A stretch of DNA of 64,000 nt from Chiloscyllium plagiosum (Eukaryota): assembly GCF_004010195.1 (NCBI RefSeq), contig NC_057718.1:51479941-51543940 (forward strand), given 5' to 3'. Below the pieces are notes generated by a model. The model ran no database searches. It worked only from the letters and a program-made list of their open reading frames with translations, and had not been told where the DNA came from. Both the position numbers and the translations under genes were made by a program. Of the stretch, positions 40,915-52,846 are shown one piece after another; positions within the stretch are counted from its first letter, which is position 1; each line of letters starts with the position of its first letter.

Positions 40915-41865
40915 GCTTTGCAGCCTGAGCCAGAGATATTGGCCAGGGAACAGGGTGGTGTGTTGAAGTGACAGGAAACTGGAAGCTCAGAGATGTCAAT
41001 TTGTTTCAAATTTTGACTTGTTCTCACCTTCAGCTGACCCATCTAACTCCTCCCTTCCCTTCCTCAACATCTTTGTTTCCAGGGACACCCTGGTCCACTC
41101 CTCCTTCACTCCCAGCTGCCCACCACAGCCCATGGCACCTTGCTCTGCAACTACAGAAGGTGTAATATCTACCCATTTACTCCCTTCCTCCCCAGTATCC
41201 AAGACCCAAACATACCTTCCACGAGAAGTAGCACTTTACCTGTACTTCACTCAGTCTAGTCTACAGTATACACAGCTACTATCTCCTCTACATGGGGGAA
41301 ACAAAGCCAAAAAGAACCCTGAGCTTCCAGTTGTCTGCCACTTCAGCACACCACCCTGTTCCCTGGCCAACGTTTCTGACTCAGGCTTGCTACAGTACCC
41401 CAGCGAAACTCAGCGCAAGCTGGAAGAACAACACCTCATTTTCCTCTTAGGAACTCAACTGTACTCAGTATTGACTTTAACAATTTTAGGGCTTAGGACT
41501 CTCCCAAGTCCTTACCCTAACGCCCACACACCCAGCCTTGTTATCACATACTCAACTATTACACATAACCCATTGTTAGCCATTAAGAGTCCCCTTTAAT
41601 AGCTGTTCACTCTCCTGGGCTGACCATTATCCATCCCTTTGTCTGTCTAACTGCTCTTCTCTCTCTTTGGGCTCTATCTCCACCAAATATTTACTCCTTA
41701 CCCCCTTCACCCTCACAGTCTATCTTCTGCTTAGAAAAACAACTTTTTCCTAGCTACCATCAGTTCTGAAGAAGGGTCACTGGACCCAAAACATTAATTC
41801 TGATTTATCTCCACAGGTGTTGCCAGATCTGCCTAGCCTTTCCTGCAGTTTGGTGTTTCTGTTTC
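40915..41865 (+). mobile_element. PLE fragment (RT end, GIY-YIG, 3' UTR, HHR) with a 5' inverted segment
   Basis: LPFLNI; PELPVVCHF; QRKLEEQHLIF; HHR-like agtt-CTGAAGA-GGGTC/GACCC-AAAAC-ATT at 41761-41800; ~40920-40990 inverted versus ~41318-41392. Confidence 0.8.
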
Positions 41866-41874
41866 AATATATTG

Positions 41875-42260
41875 GCTCTGAAATGTAACTTGCAGCTGGC
41901 ATGTCACCACCATGAGAACATAATGCCAGTCTGTGTTAGGACTCCAGGGAGTTACCATGACTCCTTCATGCTTCAAAAGACTAATGCACAGCAGGTGTTT
42001 CCTCAAAGCCAGACAGCCTCAGCGCTTGGTTCTCCAGGGTCAAGGGATTCCTAAGACACAGCTGATAGTTTCAGTTAGGATTCCAATGAGAGAGGCACAG
42101 GAGACAGACAAGAGGAGCTATGTCACTGCCAGGGCAACCACCAAGAGGCAAATAGCTTCTTCAAGAAAAGATTCTGGAGGCAAGCTTTGTTAAGCTCCAG
42201 TAAGGGTCTCAGATTGTTGAGTTTTGCACTGCTTTTCACAACATTGTAAAGAGCCCAAGA
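41875..42260 (+). pseudogene. Decayed PIF/Harbinger (HARBI1-like) transposase fragment
   Basis: CNLQLACHHHENIMPVCVRTPGSYHDSFML resembles NVQLVCD...VCARYPGS.HDSFIL; downstream G.G.P...L..R.P..AQ...SY..AR.. Confidence 0.65.
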
Positions 42261-44004
42261 GGAACTTGGAGAGTACCCTAGATCCTTGGAGAAAGAGGAC
42301 GTGGAACATTATATTGAGTCATTGATGCCTCTAGGCACAGACATGCGAGCCAGAGAAACACGATTCAGCCAGGCTTCAAGTGTAAAGTATGGCTGCAGTA
42401 TTGTCAATAAAATCCTTGAACAAGCAATAGAATGAATGAAGTACGCATCAAAGTGAAGGCATTGACAATGAATAGTTCAGTTAGATTCATTTCTGCATTA
42501 AAATAATGAGCACTAATGGAATAGTTGTAACAATGTCATAACCACTCAAGTGATTCCCTTTGTGCAACAAAGACCTTTTCCTCCTGTGTTATCAATTCAC
42601 ATGGTGGCATTCTTTTGGCTTCAGTGCTGATAGAAGCAGCCTGCTCATCCCCTGTTCCAACTATAGTGGGCATCTGAAGGAGTCTAAAAAGGCCCCACGG
42701 AAGACACTCCACACACAACAGTCTGAGGGTGGACAAAGTAAGAAGGAATTTGTACAGCTTTGGCTAGGGAAGGGTGACATTTAATGGCAACACCATCACT
42801 AATTCCTCTGACTTTTAACATCCTGGGTGCTACCATTGACCAGAATCTGAATCTAAATCTGAATCAAAAATAAAAAGTGAATATCAGCTGAGTAGTACAC
42901 TTGTTATAATTTTCTGGGCACTTGATTTTTTTTTGTTCATATGATGAACTGTCATGCAGTAGTTGTAAAATTTGGACACAAACATGTTGCTAAGACGGCT
43001 GCTGCAATGTGACTTCTGACATTTGGAGTACAAACAATATCAAGTTTCCAGCCAATACCAATTAATATAGACATAAATAAGAATATCTCACATCCATTTG
43101 TGAAAATCACACATTCCATTGTTTAAGGATTGGCCAACACAGAGTTTCAAGATTACCTGTCTCTGTATTTCATGCCAGAAGACAAAATTGAAACTCAAGT
43201 TATGGCAGATGGAAGAGAATAGCTACTACCCACTTTCAGTTGTATCACACTGGCCTTCCCTATCCAAAGAAAACTGAGTGGGCCTTAGTCGTGTGAACAT
43301 TGAACACCAAAGGTAGAATCAACAAGGACATGTGTTGACAAAGACCTTATGTTTAAAAAAAAACTTGTATTTGATAAAGGCCATATGGTTAGACGGCGAC
43401 AATTTTATTTTGTTTGCTAAAAGATCAGCTAATAATTATTTGTCTGTCACCAGTCAGTCTGAGAAACAGACACTGAAATGTGTTGCAAGTCAACAGCAGC
43501 CAATGTGTTAATCCTGTCCAAATTTCGAAGTTCATCTCGAATGAAACTCCCAAGTACTCAAGCATAAGAGAGACATCAGAACCTTTGCTTTTACAAGATA
43601 CTTACATCACCTTTACAACATTGAATTCATTCAAGAAAGCATACATCTGCCACATGAGAGACTGGAGATCATAAATCAGACTGTACTCAATCTGTTAAAA
43701 GTACATTACACGTATGTATATACAATATGTATATTTCTGTGTGCATGGTATGAGACTGGTCCCTGATATTGTGTTAATTTGAAGAAGTGCATGAGAACAA
43801 ATAATCTTCTTTCACTTTTCAAACTCACAAAAGCTTGCTGCTTAAAAATGAATTTGGTGTATACATTCAAAGGGTAAGAAAAGACATAACACTTTCTACA
43901 ATCAAACACACTGACTACGAGCAGTAAGTGGGCACAAAGCATCTGGCTGTAACACTAGTTATCAATCATGAGTACAGTTTTCCATGTCAGTGATTTATGC
44001 TCAG

Positions 44005-45121
44005 CTTCAGAAAGTTCCTGACCAATAGACTGCCATCAGTGAAGATAGACAACTGCACAGCCTTCACAATAACCCACAACACTGGAGCCCCCGAAGGATA
44101 CATTCTCAGCCCTCCACTGTACTCCCTGTATATCCGCAAACGTGTCGCCAAATTCCAAATAAGCACCATCTAAATGTTTGCTGACAACACCACCGTGGTA
44201 GGAAGAATATCAATCAACAATGAGTCAGAATACAGAAAGGAGATAGAGGGTTTGGTGTCATGGTGCAATGATAACAACCTCTCTCTCAATGCTGGCAAAA
44301 CAAAAGAATTGATCACTGGCTTCAGAAAGCAAGGAGGAGAACTTGCCCCCATCTACATCAACAGAACGGAGGTTGAGAGCATTCAGAGTGTCAAGTTGCT
44401 TGGAGTGACGATAACTGTTAACCTGTCCTGAACTTCCCATGTGAATGTAACAGTCAAGAAGGCATAACAATGCCTCTTCTTTCTCAGGCAGCTTTGGAAA
44501 TTCAGATTGTCCATAAGGATCCACATTAACTTCTACAGATGCACCATAGAAAGCATACAATCCATATACATAACAGCCAGGTACAGTAACTGCACAGGAT
44601 CGTAAGAAACTACAGAAGATTGTGTGCATAGCCCACACCATCACAGAAGCTAATCTTCCATCCATGGAGACAGAAAGGACTGCAGATGCTGGAAGCCAAA
44701 GCCAATAGATGTGGAGCTGGACAAGCACAGCAGGTCAGACAGTGTCAGAGGAGCAGGAAAATCAATGTTTCGGGCAAGGACCATGGACTCCATGTATACT
44801 TTTCACTGCTGCAGAAAGGCTGCCAACATCATTAAAGACCCCTGCCACCCTGGTAATACAACCTCTTCCATCAGGCAGAAGATACAGAAGCTTAAACACA
44901 TACACCAACAGGTTCAAGAACAGCTTCTTCCTTGCCATTATTAGACTAATGCATGGACATTCTAACTTCAAATGATATTGATCTAGTTAATGTTGATCTT
45001 GCTTTGCACACATCCTGTGCAGTGTAACATGTATGCCTCACTCTAAGCACCCTATGATCTGTATGCCAAACAAAGCTTTTCACTGTAAGTAGGTACATTT
45101 GACTACAATAAATCAAATCAA
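44005..45121 (+). mobile_element. Rex1/Babar-type LINE 3' portion
   Basis: GAPEGYILSPPLYS, FADNTTVVGRI, LNAGKTKELI, TNRFKNSFF; tail gcttttcactgta...caataaatcaaatcaa. Confidence 0.88.
44669..44780 (-). mobile_element. Short PLE 3' terminus inserted in the Rex1 element
   Basis: aggactgcagatgctgga...gcacagcaggtcag...gagcaggaaaatcaatgtttcgggc; TSD ccatgga 44662-44668/44781-44787. Confidence 0.75.
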
Positions 45122-45164
45122 GTGACGCTGACCAAAAGTCAGGTTAACAAATCTTTCATTTAAC

Positions 45165-45350
45165 CTGAGAAGAAAGATGGAGCCTTGGTTTAAAGTCTCA
45201 TCCAAAAAACAATCTCTTGAACAGTGTAACATTTTTTTCAAAAGTACATTAAAGAGGCAGCATTTGATTTTTATGCTCATGTTTTGGATTGCATCTTGAA
45301 CTCATAACCTACTGACTCAGAAGCAAGATGCTATGATCTTAGCCAATGTC
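45165..45350 (-). mobile_element. Decayed Deu-domain SINE
   Basis: Minus strand: ctgagtcagtaggttatgagttcaag...ggatgagactttaaaccaaggctcc. Confidence 0.55.
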
Positions 45351-45499
45351 CACTGACAAAAATTGGCAAAAAGTGATCAAGGAACTTCGGAAAATCAATC
45401 CTTATGAAAGCTAACACCGTAGAGCACAAAGTCCTGGAATGAGCCTAGAAGCAATCCTTCGAGGCAGAGAACTACCAACTGAGCCACACAGACTTGAAG

Positions 45500-45722
45500 T
45501 CAAGATTAGAGTGGTACTGGAAAAGCACAGAAGGTCAGGCAGCATCTGAGGAGCAGGAAAATCGACGTTTTGGGCAGGAGACCCTCATTAGGAATTCCTG
45601 ATGAAGGGCTCCTGGCCGAAACGTCGATTTTCCTGCTCCTCGGATGCTGCCTGACCTGCTGTGTTTTTCCAGCACCACTCTAATCTTGACTCTAATCTCC
45701 AGCATCTGCAGTCCTCACTTTC
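45500..45722. mobile_element. Fold-back HHR mini-element (zero-loop palindrome)
   Basis: Arms ~45498-45594/45595-45691 centred on ggaa|ttcc; + strand HHR CTGATGA 45598-45604, GAAAC-GTC 45618-45625; TSD gccac(a/t)cagacttgaag 45483-45499/45723-45739. Confidence 0.88.
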
Positions 45723-45736
45723 GCCACTCAGACTTG

Positions 45737-45838
45737 AAGCCTACTTACCACTCCCAGTGATCTCCTATCTAAGTCCAAGCCAGCTTAGCTCTGTTTAGAT
45801 CAGACAAAGTCAGGTTACAAACTGGTATGGCTATAGAC
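45737..45838 (-). pseudogene. Degenerate 5S rRNA-derived sequence (probable SINE head)
   Basis: Minus strand gtctatagccatacca...gtctgatct...gctaagc...acttagataggagatcactggga...gtaggctt aligns by eye with vertebrate 5S. Confidence 0.75.
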
Positions 45839-46989
45839 AAGGAAGGTTAATTACTCTATACAAATAGTACCTTATTGAAATATGCTGTCCATCTTGGGTG
45901 AGATGATTTTGGTATTGAAGAGAAATCACAATGGAAAATTAGAAGTGAAAAAGTGGATTGAGGTCCATTATTTCAGATTTATGTCCCATTTTCATGCTAC
46001 CCGTCCAAAACAAATTTTTAAAAAATCAGGCTGTGAAAATCCGGAAATCTCCCCTGATGGATATAGTTATTCAGCTAGCGTTTGGATGAATGAAAATTTC
46101 ATTGGACCATAATTCTGCAGGACTCTGGAATCCAAACTCATTACTTAATAAGACTGATGAATTATTCCAGAATAAAAAATATTGCTTTCACACTACGTGC
46201 AACACCATTGAGTAGACCTTGTGAATTTGTGTTCCAAGCACAGAATGTTCCTGGAGGGCCCATTGATTTTTATGCCCAGATTTTTAATTTGGGCTCTCAG
46301 CATGCGAAATTCCAGATCAGGAACACAAAATTCATAAGATCTACCCTACTCTACCAAACGTTTGAATGCAGAAGTGAAATTTTGATGCAAATTCAGACAA
46401 AAATCCATCAGCAGATGAGAAATACAGACAAATTCACACATACAAATCTGACATTAGCAGCAGGTTTACCCACAAATCAATTTGATTTATATCAGTGCCA
46501 AATTAAAACTCAGTTCAGAGTAAAAAGCTAAAATTGAATTTTGGGAAGAATCCAGCTCCCTTTGTGCACCATAAATCAAATATCAGATATATAAATCTAT
46601 GCCACTCTATTAATCAGATAGAAGACATTCTTTTCCCTTGTAGAAGTTCATTGTGGCCAAGAAATTTTATTCAAGGTATTGAACAAAAGATCTCTAAGTA
46701 TTATAAGGCATGTAATGCATAGCCATTATATGCTTTGGTTGTTCATGTCATCCTGCTGAGTGTGATGTCTGAAAGCACATTTCAAAATTCAATTAACCAT
46801 GTATTTTTCAAGTAAAGAGTCATATTAAATGCACCTACATTTGTTCAAACTCTACAGCCTTTGGATAATACAATGGCTCACATCAAGAACAAAGAATCAA
46901 AGAGTAACGCCAATACTTTCACCACAATGAACAGCCTGCCACGGTGAGATGGAATGTGCTTGAAAACCAGTAATCCTGCCATCGAACAT

Positions 46990-47200
46990 AGCATATTTCA
47001 TATGTGTGTGTATGTTGCGAATCGAATGCTGCACACAAAGTGCATCAGGCACCTCCACTTTTGTGAGATTTTGAAACATGATATGGTCAGATTAGATGCA
47101 GCAGGGGTAGGTCTGTATTTAGTGGATTTAATTGGATGGCAACGATTCCCTTTTGGTGAAGGAAAACCCTTCGGGACAGGTTTGTTTGAGGTCAGATATT
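46990..47200 (+). pseudogene. Possible decayed Harbinger transposase N-terminal fragment
   Basis: KCIRHLHFCEILKHDM and FGTGLFE resemble C.RRLRF...C..L...DL and F..GSFQ. Confidence 0.35.
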
Positions 47201-47518
47201 TCCTTGGGGAGATCAGGTGACCTTTGTGCAGGTAAGATGCCTTCTGAGATTGCCAAAAATAGCCATAAATAAGCATTGAAAGTGTATAAACTCATATTGT
47301 AACTATCAAAAGTGCAAAATGAACTGTCAAGATGGGCTGTCAGAAACAACTATCAAATGTGTCAAGATGTGCTGTCAAGAGAAATTGTCAAGGGATTTAA
47401 AACTCCTGCTCTTTAAGTCTTTGAAAACACAGGTCTGCTAAACTAAAATGCCTACTGTTTCCCTCTGTTGACCTTGGCTACCACTACTAGACTAGTTTCA
47501 TAACTATTCATTACCATG

Positions 47519-47733
47519 ATTTGGAGATGCCGGTGTTGGACTGGGGTGTACAAAGTTAAAAATCACACAACACCAGGTTATAGTCCAACAGGTTGAATTG
47601 GAAGCACACTAGCTTTCGGAGCGATGCTCCTTCATCAGGTGATTGTCAACTGATGAAGAAGAGGCACTCCGAAAGCTAGTGTGCTTCCAATTAAACCTGT
47701 TGGACAATAACCTGGTGTTGTGTGATTTTTAAC
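47519..47733. mobile_element. Fold-back HHR mini-element of a second PLE family
   Basis: Arms aagttaaaaatcacac...; minus strand CAC-CTGATGA-AGGAGC ATC GCTCC-GAAAG-CTA-GTG; TSD ttcat(t/a)accatg 47507-47518/47734-47745. Confidence 0.88.
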
Positions 47734-49021
47734 TTCATAACCATGGTTTGGTGCCTGCCTTTTCACAGCTTGATTGACAATACCAGGTGGTCCTACCTTT
47801 AAAATTCCCACACTTTCAATTATAAGGGATTATCCAATTGCTTAAAATGTTCATTGTTATAAAAATTTATGAAGATGAAAAAAATCAAGTATGCTATTAT
47901 AAATGTGAGTTTTTTTAAAAAAAGTCTTCAATGTACACTTTGACCTTTACATTGCTTCACTTTAGAATGGTTCCTGTGATCTGTCTACGGTTCCTTCCAG
48001 GTGAGTTGGCCTAGTAGTTGTAAGAGCAAAGCGTGGTGGATGGGGAGCATTGGGTCAGCATAACTGGGCACTAAGTTGGCATTGAGGACCATAGAGGTGG
48101 GTGGTTGGTGGTTGACATGCCCAACTACAAGGAGGGGAAGAGAGGTTATGGCGGTATGGAGAATTTGCGGTGGCACATATGAGGCATGGGGATCATGCAG
48201 GAGGGGATCATGTAGGAGGGATTTTTATGTTCTATTCTTTCTTTTTAAAGTTGAGATACAGTTCTAGAGCCACAAGGCAAGGTGCCATCTCCATTATTGC
48301 CTCCTCACCTCTGCACTTTAATTTACAGGAATGGCGAACTTTCTCCCACGTCACGGTTGTGAAACTGGGAATTGTCTAGATGCTATACCCAGAAGAGAAA
48401 ATGCAACCTGAGTTAGAAATTATTGAAATGATTTGAAGAAGCAGGAATAAATTTATCTCAAAAAAGGAAATTCAAGTTTATAAAAACACTACTCTTTTGG
48501 ATGAATAAATCACCTTAACATTTATTTTTAAATATGTTAGAGAGATTTTGACTTCACTGCTGGGATGATCACCCTACCATTTTAGAATCCATCTAATTTT
48601 CTTTTCCTGAAACACGAACTGAAAATCAAATAGTTTCTACAAAAGCGAGACAACCAGTTTTATCAAATTACTGCCTCGGTAGTGGAGATGAAAAGTTACT
48701 CAGAAAAGTTGTTTTCTGCCAAGGAATGAATAGTTTATTCACAAACTGAAAGTATCATGATGGATCTCACACTAGATTTGCGAAATAGAATGAATGGTCT
48801 CTGCCAATTAAATTTCCCAATGTTTTTGAGAATTCTAGTTACAGTTTCAAGGAGATATTTTACATTCACACAGAAACATCTTTAGATCAATGTCTCCCTT
48901 GTGCAAATATATGTGTTTCATGAAAGCAATTGCTTCTTTTGAAAATTGATAAATCAAGCAAATGTTCAATTATACAACATAATAATTTACACAGTTCAAA
49001 AACAAAGACCCTGAAATTATA

Positions 49022-49205
49022 GCTGAAAATGTGTTGCTGGAAAAGCGCAGCAGGTCAGGCAGCATCCAAGGAGCAGGAGAATCGATGTTTCAGGCATGAG
49101 CCCTTCTTCAGGAAGGGCTCATTCCTTGGATGCTGCCTGACCTGCCGCACTTTTCCAGCAATACATTTTCATCTCTGATCTTCAGCATCTGCAGTCCTCA
49201 CTTTC
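49022..49205. mobile_element. Fold-back HHR mini-element with a deletion near the hairpin tip
   Basis: Same family as 35919-36140; TSD accctgaaattata 49008-49021/49206-49219. Confidence 0.88.
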
Positions 49206-49504
49206 ACCCTGAAATTATATCACGGTATATCATCTTTTGATTTCTATACATTAGTCTGAAAAGCCATTGACCATTGTGGTAGAAAGTGTTACAAAATATT
49301 CAAAGTCTTTTATAGTTTTGTTCATCCTATAACCTTTTAAGGATTCTGCTCCCCCATGTTTTTCATTTTTGCATTCTTCTGACTTTCATCCCACTGGTAG
49401 TGATTATGCTTTCAATCATCTCTACCCTGTGGCCTCTAATTTGTTTATCTAAAACTCTCAGGCTTGATTTTAGTCACCCATTTCAGTCTTTTTCCCTGCG
49501 TCAG

Positions 49505-49710
49505 TATTTGTCTGACGGCTGGATGGCTGGTTTGTGATATCAACAATGTGGGTTCAATTCCTGTACTGGCTGAGGTTACCGTGCATGACTTTCTTTCTCA
49601 ACTTCTCCACTCATCGGAGGTGTAGCGCCCCTCAGGATAAACCACCACTAGTGTTTCTCTTGACTGAGAGCAGCCCTATGGACCACTGAGACAATGACTG
49701 TTTTACTTTT
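49505..49710 (+). mobile_element. tRNA-like SINE
   Basis: B-box gggttcaattcc; ggctgaggttacc...cctcaggataaaccaccac...gagagcagccctatgg; a second copy lies at 26900-27042. Confidence 0.6.
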
Positions 49711-49919
49711 GCCTTTTCTTTGTCTGGTGGGACTGCTATGGAGTGCCTTAGGATGCTATAGCATGATCTCTATCCAATTTGTTATTCAAAAAGAAAGATT
49801 ATCAATGAAAAAGAACTTTTCAGAAATATGGGGCATGATTTTAGTTCCACCCGGATCATGTTTTTAGCCACACAACCATGTCTCATTGCATCAATTCAGG
49901 GCTAAAATAGGAACAAATC

Positions 49920-50330
49920 TACCAGCTACCAGGGTGAGTAGGTTAGGATTGTTTTAATTAGAAAAAAGGAGATTGAGAGGGGACCTGATTGAGATCTACA
50001 AAATCATGAAGGGTATAGACACGGTAGATAGAGATAAGCTTTTTCCCAGGGTGAAGGATTCAATAATGAGAGGTCACACTTTCAAGGTGAGAGGTGAAAA
50101 GTTTAAGGGGGATACATGCAGCAAGTAGAAGGTAGTAGTTGCTAGCAGAGATAGTAGAGGCAGGCACAGTAGATTAATTTAAGATGCATCTGGACAGATG
50201 CATGAGTATGTGGGGAGCAGAGGGATACAGATGCTTAGGAATTGGGCGACAGGTTTAGACAGTGGATTTGGATCAGCTCAGACTTGGAAGGCTGAAGGGT
50301 CTGTTCCTGGCTGTAAATTTTCTTTGCTCT
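49920..50330 (+). mobile_element. CR1 3' fragment
   Basis: agattgagaggggacctgattgagatctacaaaatcatg (RLRGDLIEIYKIM); tail gaagggtctgttcctggctgta. Confidence 0.85.
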
Positions 50331-50334
50331 TTCT

Positions 50335-50800
50335 TTGGCCCAACATCAAGTCCAATAATTTTAGAGGCTAATTCCATCCTTCCATGTTTTTACCCATCTC
50401 ACACGCAGTCCTGTTATGACATGTGTTGCTTTTACACAGTCACCCATTCTCACATAGTCCTGGGCTTATTAACAGAATAGGGTGTTACTTTCAGTACAGG
50501 TCACACATTTTCTCCTACTCTTATAATCACTTATTCAGTTTTTCTTTGGTCCTTTCCTGCAATCCCTAATCCCCTTGTTGACCTCCCCCTTTTCATATCT
50601 CTCTCACTCTGGGCTCCATCTCCATCTATATGCTCACTTCTTCCTCATCCCCTACCCCACTGGCAGCTTTGCACAAATGCCACCTTTTCCTAGCTGTTAT
50701 CAGTTCTGATGAGGAGTCACTGTACTCGAAACATTAACTCTGCATTCTTCTCACAAAACCTGCCGCACCTTCTGAGTTCCTCCAGCAATGTCTGTTTTTA
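50335..50800 (+). mobile_element. PLE 3' UTR with HHR motif
   Basis: AGTT-CTGATGA-G-GAGT CACTGT ACTC-GAAAC-ATT-AACT at ~50702-50740. Confidence 0.7.
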
Positions 50801-52619
50801 TTTGTGACTAACATGTATGGGTTGAATGAACCCTTTAACTGTGCTGCAGCTAGTTTCCTTCTAAGTGTTCATGGTTTGATTGGTTAAGTAAGTCCATCAA
50901 ATAGCAAGTCATTGTGCTGAGGCAAACTGATCCCCCAAATAGGTCTTATTATAATCGCTGGGCTCTTAGCTTACTGTAAAAGGGTTTTTAATGCATTCCA
51001 TGTTTGTTCTGGATGCTTATGGAATAACCCAATTATCTTATATTGCAAACATTTGGAGCACGAGTTCAGCACAAACAAATTTCCAGGTCATTGTCCTTTT
51101 ACCTGTTTATGTGTGTACAACTGAGAAATGACTTTGATTTGTTTACATTGATAGTAACTCAAATTTCCAACTGCTTGCATATTCTTTTCCCCTAAATGAT
51201 GGAATTCTATCAAGGAAAACAGCATGCATTAGCTCTTCAATCTTGAAAGGTCGGGTACACTCTCTTGTCTAGGGAATGGTACTCATTGGAAGGAACATGA
51301 AACAGCAAGTGAATCAAAACACTTTAAAAATAAACTTCCACAAAAGACAAAGAATCTTGCTTCCATAATTATGGAATTTCCAGATTTGATCTTACGTAAA
51401 CTTCACAGTTTGGATACTAATACTACTGACCTATATATCTCACCTCTGAAGTCTCCTTCGGTGTGGGCAAAAAGCCAGAAGAGATCTGTAACATCACTAT
51501 AAAAATAAATCACTAGAACTGATCTGGTGCCAAGATGTAAATACTGTTATGCAAATTGGTCTATAAGGGTTTTATTATAATAACAGATTATAGGCTTTAA
51601 CTGTGAAAATGTATTGCAATTGTAAAACTGTTGTGACTTATAAATAATGTATAGCTGGTAATTTATTACAAAATTATGTAATATTACAATATTAAAGGAG
51701 ATTTTCTTTTCTTCTTGAAGCTGATGATGAACCCACTCTTGTTAAACCTGAGGACGGCACCACTATTGATGCCAGACTTCAGTTAATCAGATATAGCTCA
51801 TGAGATCTCAAGAAACAACTGAGTGTATTGGATATAGCAAAGTCTGTGGCTTGAATGTTTGCTCACAGGTTGGAAGAAATGAGTCAGGGTCTTGCCTTGC
51901 TCTGCAAACATCACCAGGGAAGAAAAAGAAACACCCTGGAAATTGGATTTTCATTCCAGGGAGAGAGGTTGATAGAGGTTGAGATTTATGGCAGTCATGA
52001 CAGGTAAATCTGGAAAGAGCATGGAGGCTGCTGAGTGTGGAGGCTGGTGGGTGGAAGGCCTGCCTCAGTCTACCAACACTTGGTCAAAGATATGAAGGAA
52101 AGATCATAAAACCAAAAAGGAGCCCACTCTCATCCTGCACATACTCCTCATACCCCAATCTATGCCAATTCATACTTGCTACTCGCCCAACATATACTTT
52201 GTGGTAACCTATTCTCTTCATCTACACTCTTTGAATGTTTTAGTCCCTCTGCCAACCTTATGCCAATACATGCAAATCCACACCCCACCCATCTTCCTTC
52301 GCCTGATATGCCAATTCATCCAATATCACTCCAAGCAGGTCTGAGGACCTATGCTGAGATGAGACAAAATAGAGTTCTGGATTGTCTATTGGAGAATTCA
52401 TGACTTTTTTTTTCAAATACCCTATCATTGACTCAAAAAGCCTCATTAATTACATTTATCCTCCTTATTTAAAAAAAATAATCCAGATTCAGAGAGTTTA
52501 CCAGTTTTTCCAGCTGTCAATCAAATTGTGAAATGACAGGCACCAAACCTGTACTGTTGATAGGATCTGAAGTCAGACACGCATTGCTAGTCCAGTAATG
52601 ATGGCCCTCAGGTTTATGT

Positions 52620-52846
52620 GAGGACTGCAGATGCTAGAGATCAAAGCTGAAAAATGTGTTGCTGGAAAAGTGCAGCAAATCAGGCAGCATCCAAGGAGCA
52701 GGAGAATCAACGTTTCGGGCATAAGCCCTTCTTTTTAAGAGATGACCTGGGGGGTGCAGTGAGAGAGGGACTCACTGAAAATGTCGATTCTCCTGCTCCT
52801 TGGATGCTGCCTGACCTGCTGTGCTTTTCCAGCAACACATTTTTCA
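52620..52846. mobile_element. Fold-back HHR-family mini-element with a foreign central filler
   Basis: Same family as 35919-36140; filler ~52734-52777; TSD gccctcaggtttatgt 52604-52619/52847-52862. Confidence 0.85.

Noticed and set aside
46157..46531. 124 aa ORF in non-repeat DNA
   Set aside because: No recognisable motif or splice context; compatible with chance
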